IMG/VR virus record: IMGVR_UViG_3300045988_170760
Location: 1 to 64,000 of that record
DNA: 64,000 nucleotides
Direction: 5' to 3' (one strand)
Origin: a virus
The notes below the pieces were generated by a model. The model saw nothing but the letters and a program-made list of their open reading frames with translations, had not been told where the DNA came from and did no database searches. Shown in pieces: positions 17,303 through 24,504 of the stretch. How positions within the stretch are numbered: the first letter of the stretch is position 1; every line of letters begins with the position of its first letter. Position numbers and translations under genes: made by a program.

Positions 17303-18028
17303 TTATTCAACTCCTAACAATTTATCTATATAATCTCTATCTTGAGTGAATATAGGGATGTCTAAATCTATATCCCATTTCCCATCTTTTTTGATTACAC
17401 AACTGCCCCTTTTAAAATCTGTTCTATATTTGTCAAAATTAATATTATTTTCTTTCCATAATATTTCCTGTATTTCATTACAGTTTTTATTTTGTAATTG
17501 AGAGTGTGAAAAATATGCCTGACCTGCTGACTGAATTGCGTTACGTGTCGCATCCTGTTGCCTCCAAATAAAATAATTACAGACTTCTTCCTTTGGGATA
17601 TTAAATGCTCTACTGTCAAATGTAGCTTTCCATCTTTTATTATTAAATTTATAACTAAATCCGTTATATTGTAATTTATCTTCTAAAATATTATTAAATT
17701 TTAGTGTAGTTAAACTTGCTGTAATAGATATAATTTTAGATAAATTATTTTGGAACCATGCTTGTGTATCATTATTATCCCAGTCAGTTAATAATAAAGA
17801 TATCTCATCCGATTGAGTATATCCTAATTTACATCCAGGGATTTCTTTACATAACTCTAACGTAGTATTTTGCATCAATCTCATAAAATCTCCGTCATAT
17901 GGTTTTTCTAGTCCTTTTGTAAAAGTATGAAAAGCTCTTCCATCTATTCTTACAATGACAGGGGTTCTACATGTTAAATAATTACGTGTAACAAATTCAT
18001 ATCTTTTCATTCTGTCTCCTAATTTCAT
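17303..18028 (-). CDS. Thg1-like protein (tRNA-His guanylyltransferase family, 3'-5' nucleotidyl addition / tRNA 5'-end repair)
   Basis: ORF track 17303-18061; start taken at MKLGDRMKRYE after AAGGAGG. Family signature: DRMKRYE...PVIVRIDGRAFHTFTKGLEKPYD...GYTQSDEISLLL. Confidence 0.8.
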   Translation of the reverse strand: MKLGDRMKRYEFVTRNYLTCRTPVIVRIDGRAFHTFTKGLEKPYDGDFMRLMQNTTLELCKEIPGCKLGYTQSDEISLLLTDWDNNDTQAWFQNNLSKIISITASLTTLKFNNILEDKLQYNGFSYKFNNKRWKATFDSRAFNIPKEEVCNYFIWRQQDATRNAIQSAGQAYFSHSQLQNKNCNEIQEILWKENNINFDKYRTDFKRGSCVIKKDGKWDIDLDIPIFTQDRDYIDKLLGVE

Positions 18029-18029
18029 T

Positions 18030-18308
18030 TTATTTACCTCCTTTATTTCTAAAATGTACACTATTAAAAGGTATATCTGGAAATTCTTTTAAATATATAG
18101 TAGTATGCCATCCACCTACATCTATACGTTCTATAGTATATTCATGATTTAATTTTAAATATTTAGTAGCTATTTTCCTTTCATATGTCATTCCGTTATC
18201 TGGAAAAGCAAATATTACTTTTGAACCTATTGCAGTATAAATGTCCATTGTATCATCATTTTTAAAAAATTTATCTATATTTTCAAAATCTTCTTTACTT
18301 AATATCAT
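18030..18308 (-). CDS. hypothetical protein
   Basis: ORF track; abuts the Thg1-like gene. Confidence 0.45.
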   Translation of the reverse strand: MILSKEDFENIDKFFKNDDTMDIYTAIGSKVIFAFPDNGMTYERKIATKYLKLNHEYTIERIDVGGWHTTIYLKEFPDIPFNSVHFRNKGGK

Positions 18309-18744
18309 TTATTCTCTCCTTTCTTTTTTTATTAACAATATCATTTAAAGTATTTTCTGTATAATATTTAGTGTGATATGTTCTAATCTTCATTTTTTTG
18401 TTTTTAGAATTTAAAATCCCATCAACAGTTTTATCATTATTGAAAGTAAAATCCGAACCTAATCTATTTAAAAACTGTACTGTATCTTCTGCTTTCCTTC
18501 TGTCTTTTCTTACTTTGCTTAATTCTTTTACTAATCTATATGCTCCAACTGCACTCAACTCTTTAAATTCAATATAATGGAGAATATCTTGTTCCTTTTT
18601 ATTGTTATCCCCAAAATCAACAGAATATTTTTTTAATACATTTTTATATTCTTTTTCTACTGATTTTAAATGTTCTAAAAAATCTAATACATCTTCCTCT
18701 AATTTTAATTTTTTATCTTCATCATATTCTTTTTCATTAATCAA
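18295..18744 (-). CDS. hypothetical protein (basic, coiled-coil)
   Basis: ORF track; TTG start behind a TAGGAGG SD. Confidence 0.45.
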   Translation of the reverse strand: MINEKEYDEDKKLKLEEDVLDFLEHLKSVEKEYKNVLKKYSVDFGDNNKKEQDILHYIEFKELSAVGAYRLVKELSKVRKDRRKAEDTVQFLNRLGSDFTFNNDKTVDGILNSKNKKMKIRTYHTKYYTENTLNDIVNKKRKERINDIK

Positions 18745-18760
18745 TTTTATACCTCCTATA

Positions 18761-18849
18761 TTTTCAACTTATGGGGTGGGTTTTCAAATCAAAAGTGGTT
18801 TTTGAAAATCTACTTTTACATTTTAAAATGCTACTTTTAAAATTGCTAA
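18761..18849 (-). repeat. 89-bp conserved intergenic element, copy R1 (second copy at 26627-26715)
   Basis: Ungapped alignment with 26627-26715 gives 74/89 identities by my count. Shared blocks are TTTTCAACT, GGGGTGGGTTTTC, AAAAGTG and GCTACTTTTAAAAT.GCTAA. Confidence 0.75.
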
Positions 18850-18871
18850 TTATATTACTATTATTAAATAT

Positions 18872-19345
18872 TTATTTATTATAATTTTTAACAATCCAAT
18901 TATGATAGTCATCATTTACTTCCTTATCTTTCTCTAATATCATATTAATCTGTTTGGTATTGTGTTTTCCTAAATAATGTTTTCGACAATATTTACATAA
19001 ATATTCATCTACAAAAAAATATAGATTTTCCAAAAAACCAATATATCTGTTTTCTTTATCCCTATATTTTCTGCCATCATATGTTGCTTTTAATAATTTA
19101 TATTTGAAGATTTTTTTATTATTGTCTTTAATTAGAATATAAAAATCAAAAACTTCAATAGGCAATACTTCTATATAATTAGACAATTTAACATTTTTAT
19201 CACTTGTTTTTTTTAAATTTCTTTTATAAAATAAATTTAAAATTTCTATATTAAATACTTTTTTATAATAAAATGCAATTCGATTTGAAGCTAACTCAAA
19301 ATTTATATCTTTTTCCTCTAATATCTTAAAATCCATTCCATTCAA
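18872..19345 (-). CDS. hypothetical protein
   Basis: ORF track; first gene after the promoter at 19383-19411. Confidence 0.45.
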   Translation of the reverse strand: MNGMDFKILEEKDINFELASNRIAFYYKKVFNIEILNLFYKRNLKKTSDKNVKLSNYIEVLPIEVFDFYILIKDNNKKIFKYKLLKATYDGRKYRDKENRYIGFLENLYFFVDEYLCKYCRKHYLGKHNTKQINMILEKDKEVNDDYHNWIVKNYNK

Positions 19346-19382
19346 TCCTTTCTTTATTAACTTTCTTTTATTTATTTATCTC

Positions 19383-19411
19383 ATTTTAACATATAAAATT
19401 TATTTTGTCAA
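19383..19411 (-). promoter_or_regulatory. sigma-A type promoter (TTGACA-N17-TGtTAAAAT), leftward; near-identical twin of 27279-27307
   Basis: Reverse complement is TTGACAAAATAAATTTTATATGTTAAAAT. It shares TTGACAAAATAAA-N6-ATGTTAAAAT with the 27.3 kb promoter. Confidence 0.7.
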
Positions 19412-19443
19412 CAGTTTTTTTAAAAAAATAAACAATATTTTCT

Positions 19444-19471
19444 CTGGGGGATTTTTTAAAAAAATGTTACG
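19444..19471. repeat. Bipartite motif CTGGGG-n-ATTTTT-N9-TGTTACG, copy 1 of 4
   Basis: Sequence is ctgggggattttttaaaaaaatgttacg, with 21 nt from CTGGG to TGTTACG. Confidence 0.6.
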
Positions 19472-19510
19472 TTATAATTAACCTAGTGATTTTTAAATAT
19501 GATGTTATAG

Positions 19511-19538
19511 CTGGGGAATTTTTATATTTAATGTTACG
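19511..19538. repeat. Bipartite motif, copy 2 of 4
   Basis: Sequence is ctggggaatttttatatttaatgttacg, with the same 21-nt register. Confidence 0.6.
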
Positions 19539-19942
19539 CCTTTTTTGTTTTATTCTTGTTTTTATGCCTATATTTTTCTTGAAACATTTGTTTCGCAAAC
19601 ATTTATTCTTCTAGGTGCATATAAACACAATATTCATATTATTATTTATAATATGCTTAGGACGTATGATATTAGCCATATATTAATTTTTATATATTAT
19701 TAGTATAACTATATTACTTATAAGTAACTTTCTTTAAAATTGATTTTAAAACGTTATTATAAGTATTATAATTATTGTTGTATGACGTTTATTTTAAGTT
19801 TTAAGAGAATATTTTTGCAAGGTATATAAGTATATTACTTTATCTAAAAAACGTCTTAAAATTAATCCTCATGCGTCCTGTGTGTATTAAATTGTCAAAG
19901 TTCTATTAATATGTTAGATTTAATTTATGTATCTAATATGTA

Positions 19943-19985
19943 TATAAAAAAGAGCTATAATATACCTATCTAAGTATATTATAGC
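19943..19985 (-). terminator. Rho-independent terminator (leftward)
   Basis: Perfect 12-bp inverted repeat GCTATAATATAC/GTATATTATAGC (19954-19965 and 19974-19985). On the minus strand it is followed by CUCUUUUUU. Confidence 0.7.
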
Positions 19986-20026
19986 CCACTTGCTATTTTC
20001 TAGTTTTAAGTTCTAGCAAACTTTAT

Positions 20027-20185
20027 TTAATTTTCTTTATTACTTATTCTTTTTATTACAGTAGAATAAAAAGAATATCCATTTTTATTTTTTTTTATAC
20101 AAACATCTTTTCCTTTTCCTAATTCAGCAATTATTTTATTACTATTAGCAATAAATAAATCTATTAACTTATTTTTATTTTCCAT
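20027..20185 (-). CDS. small hypothetical protein (52 aa)
   Basis: My translation starts MENKNKLIDLFIANSNKIIAELGKGKDV and ends RISNKEN. AAGGAGGA SD upstream. Confidence 0.45.
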   Translation of the reverse strand: MENKNKLIDLFIANSNKIIAELGKGKDVCIKKNKNGYSFYSTVIKRISNKEN

Positions 20186-20232
20186 GCAATTCCTCCTTTA
20201 AAATTATTTAAAACAATATGTAAAAGAGAAAA

Positions 20233-20448
20233 TTAATTCTCTTTATTATTTTTTATTTTTAGATATTTATATTTTGATTTATACTTAAAATGTTGTTCTA
20301 AGATATACTTTACTTTTTTATTGTTCGTTTTATTTACTCTATTACATATTGTTTGTCTACTTACACCAAAATGTTTAGCTGTTTCTCGTACATTTGCATT
20401 ATTTTTTAATATATAATCTATTATTACATTATTGTCAATATCTTTCAT
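20233..20448 (-). CDS. SpoIIID-like HTH transcriptional regulator
   Basis: The layout IIDYILKNNANVRETAKHFGVSRQTICNRVNK...ILEQHFKYKSKYK parallels SpoIIID: an HTH followed by a basic tail. Confidence 0.5.
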   Translation of the reverse strand: MKDIDNNVIIDYILKNNANVRETAKHFGVSRQTICNRVNKTNNKKVKYILEQHFKYKSKYKYLKIKNNKEN

Positions 20449-20461
20449 TTTTACCCTCCTG

Positions 20462-20680
20462 CTATAAACTAATACAAACTACCTCTCCACTTGATAACTC
20501 ATAATAAAATTCATCATCCAATAAATCTTCTCCAAATTGTTTTAAATCTATATAATGCATTATAGTATCTGGAATATTATATACATCAGAAATTTCTTGA
20601 TAAGCCAATTCCTCAACATCTCTATATATAGCACAAATTTCAGCAAATTCACTATAACTATAATCTTCTATAATATCCAA
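20462..20680 (-). CDS. ArdA-like anti-restriction protein fragment (C-terminal domain); reading frame continues upstream to a frameshifted ATG at 20777
   Basis: The acidic C-terminus NIPDTIMHYIDLKQFGEDLLDDEFYYELSSGEVVCISL parallels the ArdA tail (..NYIDYQAYGRDL...G.FEI). The same frame is open upstream (DLTEEQIDFLEENNEYDINLEELL). Confidence 0.45.
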   Translation of the reverse strand: MDIIEDYSYSEFAEICAIYRDVEELAYQEISDVYNIPDTIMHYIDLKQFGEDLLDDEFYYELSSGEVVCISL

Positions 20681-20811
20681 TAATTCCTCTAAGTTAATAT
20701 CATATTCGTTATTTTCCTCTAAAAAATCTATTTGTTCTTCTGTTAAATCTTATTATTATCTTCATTCAAATAATACATAATTTATTACCTCCTATTTATT
20801 TTATCACACTT

Positions 20812-20840
20812 ATTTTATCATATTTATTTTATATTGTCAA
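20812..20840 (-). promoter_or_regulatory. sigma-A type promoter (TTGACA-N17-TGaTAAAAT), leftward
   Basis: Reverse complement: TTGACA (20840-20835), 17-nt spacer, TAAAAT (20817-20812). Confidence 0.65.
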
Positions 20841-20844
20841 GCAC

Positions 20845-21195
20845 CTATACCAAATTTAAACTTATTTTTAATGCCTTATTTATACCTTCTAAATCTTTTG
20901 AACATATCTTACCAATTTTATGTAATATCTGAGATTTATCTAATGTTCTAAGTTGTTCTAATAAAACAACAGAATTTAATTCTAAACCATTTTCATCATC
21001 TACTGTTAAAGAAATATGAATTGGTAAATCTATTCTTTTTATTTTAGAAGTTAAAGGGGCAACAATAACTGTTTGACTATATTTATTACCTTTATCATTT
21101 GAAATTATCAAAACTGGTCTTATACCACTTTGAACACTTGTACTATTATTATCCCCAAGATTAGCATAATATAATTCGCCCCTATATATATCCAT
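20845..21195 (-). CDS. mazF: MazF/PemK/EndoA-family toxin (sequence-specific endoribonuclease)
   Basis: Similar along its full length to B. subtilis EndoA as I recall it: RGELYYANL, GIRPVLIISND.GNKYS.TVIVAPLTS, LPIHI, NSVVLLEQLRTLDK and INKALKISLNL. Confidence 0.85.
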   Translation of the reverse strand: MDIYRGELYYANLGDNNSTSVQSGIRPVLIISNDKGNKYSQTVIVAPLTSKIKRIDLPIHISLTVDDENGLELNSVVLLEQLRTLDKSQILHKIGKICSKDLEGINKALKISLNLV

Positions 21196-21218
21196 TTTTC
21201 CTCCTTTATTATGATATT

Positions 21219-21247
21219 ATTATAACATACAAATTCTATTTTGTCAA
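21219..21247 (-). promoter_or_regulatory. sigma-A type promoter (TTGACA-N17-TGtTATAAT), leftward, immediately upstream of mazF-like gene
   Basis: Reverse complement: TTGACA (21247-21242), 17-nt spacer, TATAAT (21224-21219). Confidence 0.7.
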
Positions 21248-21286
21248 GAATTTTTATTATTTTTTTTGAACTATTTTATATAATAT

Positions 21287-21433
21287 TTATATATCTTCAT
21301 ATTTCTTTATTTTTTTATTAATTATTTCCAATTTATCTTCCCATTTCATAAATGGGTCTATTGTAAATATTTCTATTGTCTTTTTATCTTTTCTTATTTC
21401 CCAATTATTACCAACTTTTACTGCATTTATCAT
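21287..21433 (-). CDS. small hypothetical protein (48 aa); weak candidate antitoxin by position only
   Basis: My translation is MINAVKVGNNWEIRKDKKTIEIFTIDPFMKWEDKLEIINKKIKKYEDI. The ATG overlaps the upstream stop (TAATG). Confidence 0.35.
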   Translation of the reverse strand: MINAVKVGNNWEIRKDKKTIEIFTIDPFMKWEDKLEIINKKIKKYEDI

Positions 21434-22074
21434 TATTCCACCTCTATATATTTATATGTCTGTTGTATAGTTTCTGTTTCTTCTTTTATCTTAGCATTAT
21501 CTAATATATATATTAATTCTTCTCTTAATACATCACAAAGTAAATCAAAAGATTTTAGTAAATAGTAACATTCTTCTAAATTGTTATTAATATCTTCATT
21601 ATCTTTACCATAAGCTGTATCTAAACTTTCTTTTTTTAACTCTTTTAATGTATCATAATCATAAATATTATCATCAAAAAATAAATCTAATATATTCATT
21701 CTTTTTTTGTATTGGTTGAAATCAGGAATTATTACTAAATGACCTCCTTGACTTCCGTTGAAAAATATATCTGTACCAGTCAATTCTTCAAAATCATTTA
21801 TAGTAACGTTTAAAAAATCATAAATATAATCATTATCTATATCCAATAACTCAAAAAATGTATTTTCTTGTTTTTTAGATAAATTTAAGTGCCATATTTT
21901 TACATTATTAGCAATACTGCGTAAACCATTCCAAGAATTCATTACATCATATGTATAATGACTTTTGATATATTCAAATTTTTCCTCTAATGTTTTTTCT
22001 TTCATTCCAGTATAAAATACTTTTTCTACCTTTCTATTATCCTTAATAAATTCTTTAATTAATTCTAATTTCAT
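21433..22074 (-). CDS. hypothetical protein
   Basis: ORF track; AAGGAGGA SD upstream; first gene after the promoter at 22104-22132. Confidence 0.45.
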   Translation of the reverse strand: MKLELIKEFIKDNRKVEKVFYTGMKEKTLEEKFEYIKSHYTYDVMNSWNGLRSIANNVKIWHLNLSKKQENTFFELLDIDNDYIYDFLNVTINDFEELTGTDIFFNGSQGGHLVIIPDFNQYKKRMNILDLFFDDNIYDYDTLKELKKESLDTAYGKDNEDINNNLEECYYLLKSFDLLCDVLREELIYILDNAKIKEETETIQQTYKYIEVE

Positions 22075-22103
22075 ATCAATTTCCTCCTTATCTTTATAAT
22101 ATG

Positions 22104-22132
22104 ATTATAGCATATTATTTTAATCTTGTCAA
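22104..22132 (-). promoter_or_regulatory. sigma-A type promoter (TTGACA-N17-TGcTATAAT), leftward
   Basis: Reverse complement is CTTGACAAGATTAAAATAATATGCTATAAT. Confidence 0.75.
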
Positions 22133-22175
22133 GTTTTTTTGTAAAAAATATGTAAAATTTATTTAAAAATGAGGT

Positions 22176-22208
22176 GGGCAATATTTTTATTAATATTATA
22201 TATTGCCC
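22176..22208 (-). terminator. Hairpin terminator (possibly bidirectional)
   Basis: GGGCAATAT / ATATTGCCC 9-bp stem with a 15-nt loop. U-rich tracts follow on both strands. It lies after the small ORF 22247-22417. Confidence 0.45.
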
Positions 22209-22246
22209 TTTTGTTCTTTCAAAAGAACTTAAAAAGTAAGATTATT

Positions 22247-22417
22247 TTATTTTTCATTTAAACCCATAGTTTGTGCATAGTTTTGAATTTCTAATATTAT
22301 TTGATTTTCTATTGCTGTATTTTTCTTTATGTTCTCTACAATATTAGCAACATCTTCTTCTTGTAAGTCTATTTCTAGCTTTTTACTATATTCTACTACT
22401 AAGTCTGCTAAGCTCAT
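22247..22417 (-). CDS. small hypothetical protein (56 aa)
   Basis: My translation starts MSLADLVVEYSKKLEIDLQEEDVANIVENI and ends MGLNEK. GGAGGTG SD upstream. Confidence 0.45.
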   Translation of the reverse strand: MSLADLVVEYSKKLEIDLQEEDVANIVENIKKNTAIENQIILEIQNYAQTMGLNEK

Positions 22418-22528
22418 TATATATCACCTCCTTATCCCCAATAACTTCCTTCTACAAATGATATATAAAAATTCTTATTAATTTCTTTTTCTATAAAGTT
22501 TTCAAAACTCATAATATTAAATCTCCTT

Positions 22529-23251
22529 TTACTCAAAATAATAATTTAAAAAATCTGTCACTATTTCTTCTAAGTTATATTCTATATAACTCACATAATC
22601 TCCCCCATTATTGATAAACTTATCATATAAATATTTAATAAATAAACTATAAACTTCTATTCCATCATCACAACTCTTTATCATATTATCTAATTTCTTT
22701 ATATATTGATTATCGTTAAATTTCCCTATTATATAAGAAAATTCTATTAAATAATAAAGGTCGTCGAATGTAAAATTTTTAAAATTCAAGTCCTTTTTCG
22801 ATTTATTTTCATTTAATTTGATATTTTTATCATTTTTATTATCTTTTAATTTAATAATTATATAATTTTCAGTTTCTTTAATACTTAATATTTCATAACT
22901 GTTTTTATTGTCATTTAAAATATCAAAAATATCATTTGCAAATTTTAATTCACACCCACATAAATTATCCATAGGAGAATTATATAAACTGTCAGCCCAA
23001 CATTCTTTGTAATCTAAACATTCTCTTTCTAATTCATCTATGAACCCATAATTTGTTATGCCTACAAAATTAGTTTCTTTATCTTCTAATTTGTTTAGAA
23101 CTTCACTGTACCATATGCTATCTTCAATATAATGTCCTTGTACCATAGGTATTAAAAATTCCATTGTATTATTCTTATTTATTTTTAACATTATTTTCTT
23201 TTCTTCTTTGCAATTTTTACAAACCTTATATAAATCATCTAAAATATACAT
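22529..23251 (-). CDS. hypothetical protein
   Basis: ORF track 22529-23266; probable start is MYILDD after GGAGGT. Confidence 0.45.
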   Translation of the reverse strand: MYILDDLYKVCKNCKEEKKIMLKINKNNTMEFLIPMVQGHYIEDSIWYSEVLNKLEDKETNFVGITNYGFIDELERECLDYKECWADSLYNSPMDNLCGCELKFANDIFDILNDNKNSYEILSIKETENYIIIKLKDNKNDKNIKLNENKSKKDLNFKNFTFDDLYYLIEFSYIIGKFNDNQYIKKLDNMIKSCDDGIEVYSLFIKYLYDKFINNGGDYVSYIEYNLEEIVTDFLNYYFE

Positions 23252-23274
23252 TTTATTTACCTCCAATAATATAA

Positions 23275-23445
23275 TTATAAATCTATTTCATCTAAAAAGT
23301 CTTTTAATTCTTCTAACTCTTCCTCCAAACCTTCAATGTAATATAAATCGCTTTTCCCATAACCACAACATTTTAATTTTCTTTTCTCATAAGCAATTTC
23401 TTTTTTTAATTCCTCAATTCTTTTTTCTATTTTTTTAGTTTCCAT
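23275..23445 (-). CDS. small coiled-coil protein with CGYG motif (56 aa); paralog of 25577-25747
   Basis: My translation is METKKIEKRIEELKKEIAYEKRKLKCCGYGKSDLYYIEGLEEELEELKDFLDEIDL. GAGGTG SD upstream. Confidence 0.5.
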   Translation of the reverse strand: METKKIEKRIEELKKEIAYEKRKLKCCGYGKSDLYYIEGLEEELEELKDFLDEIDL

Positions 23446-23457
23446 AAAAACACCTCA

Positions 23458-23994
23458 CTAACTCAATCTTTCTTCTAAATTATCAATATTTACAATTTTA
23501 AAATCATCAAATAGTCCACCTAAACAAATATTGTTATTTACTTTGTCATCTATTGTAATTTTAAATTTCAAACAAATATCTTTTCCCAAATTTACAATAT
23601 ATTTATAACAATTTTTATTTGATTTATCAAAATGTAAAATTACATCAACTATTGCAAATTTTTTCAAATCATTTATAAGTGTTTTTTCTACAAATTTAAT
23701 ATGTTCATCTGTAAATTTTAAAGTAGAAAACATAGTTTTTCTATAATTCCATATTTTTTCTACTTGAATTCTACAATATTCATTATCAAACTTTCCTTTG
23801 CTTTTTCCTTCATTTTTTAGTAAATCTAATACATTTTGTGGAATAGCCCAAGCATTTGCATTTTGAGTTAATTTCTCCCATATAGTATCATAAATTATTT
23901 TACAAGCATTTTCAAGTTCTTCTTTATTTTCAGTTTCCGTATCCCAAAAATCACTAACTAAATCTAATAATTTTTTTAAATCTTGATTATTCAT
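23458..23994 (-). CDS. hypothetical protein
   Basis: ORF track; first gene after the promoter at 24031-24059. Confidence 0.45.
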   Translation of the reverse strand: MNNQDLKKLLDLVSDFWDTETENKEELENACKIIYDTIWEKLTQNANAWAIPQNVLDLLKNEGKSKGKFDNEYCRIQVEKIWNYRKTMFSTLKFTDEHIKFVEKTLINDLKKFAIVDVILHFDKSNKNCYKYIVNLGKDICLKFKITIDDKVNNNICLGGLFDDFKIVNIDNLEERLS

Positions 23995-24030
23995 TTTAAC
24001 CCCTCACTTTTTCTCTTCTAAACTATATAT

Positions 24031-24059
24031 ATTATATCACAAAATTTTTATCTTGTCAA
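24031..24059 (-). promoter_or_regulatory. sigma-A type promoter (TTGACA-N17-TGaTATAAT), leftward
   Basis: Reverse complement is ATTGACAAGATAAAAATTTTGTGATATAAT. Confidence 0.75.
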
Positions 24060-24076
24060 TATTTTTAATAAAAATT

Positions 24077-24502
24077 TTAAAAATTTTTAAATTCAGCTTT
24101 TTCAAATTGCCCTACATATTGCCTTGTTAGTTTCCAGTTATTGATAAATCTTAATGAACAACTTTCTGCCCAAATTCTAGGCAAATCTTCTATTTTCATT
24201 ATCATATATTCGGTTTCAATAGCTTGTTTTTTATCTTCCTCATCTTCAATTAAATAGATTTTATGGCAACCATCATAAGCAAATTCATTAATATTTGAAA
24301 TATCATAATTATTTATTTCTCTATCTTGAATGAATTTTATATTATTCAATAATGTATAAAGTTTGTCAAATTTCATTAATTCTATATTATATATTTTCTC
24401 TAAGCTATTAGATACACCATTTTTCCAACTATTTAATCTATTTATATCAAAATCTTCTTCTAATATTTTTCTTATCTCTCTCATATTTACTTTTATTTCC
24501 AT
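24077..24502 (-). CDS. hypothetical protein
   Basis: ORF track. Confidence 0.45.
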   Translation of the reverse strand: MEIKVNMREIRKILEEDFDINRLNSWKNGVSNSLEKIYNIELMKFDKLYTLLNNIKFIQDREINNYDISNINEFAYDGCHKIYLIEDEEDKKQAIETEYMIMKIEDLPRIWAESCSLRFINNWKLTRQYVGQFEKAEFKNF

Positions 24503-24504
24503 AT

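Noticed and set aside
17395-17619. Minus-strand 74-aa ORF nested in another frame of the Thg1-like gene
   Set aside because: It is fully embedded in a gene with a strong family signature. It has no SD and no independent support.
20740-20790. Programmed -1 ribosomal frameshift in the ArdA-like gene
   Set aside because: No heptameric X XXY YYZ slippery site and no downstream structure are evident. The 4-nt junction window fits a simple indel or an internal TTG start better. It is reported as a frame break rather than as recoding.
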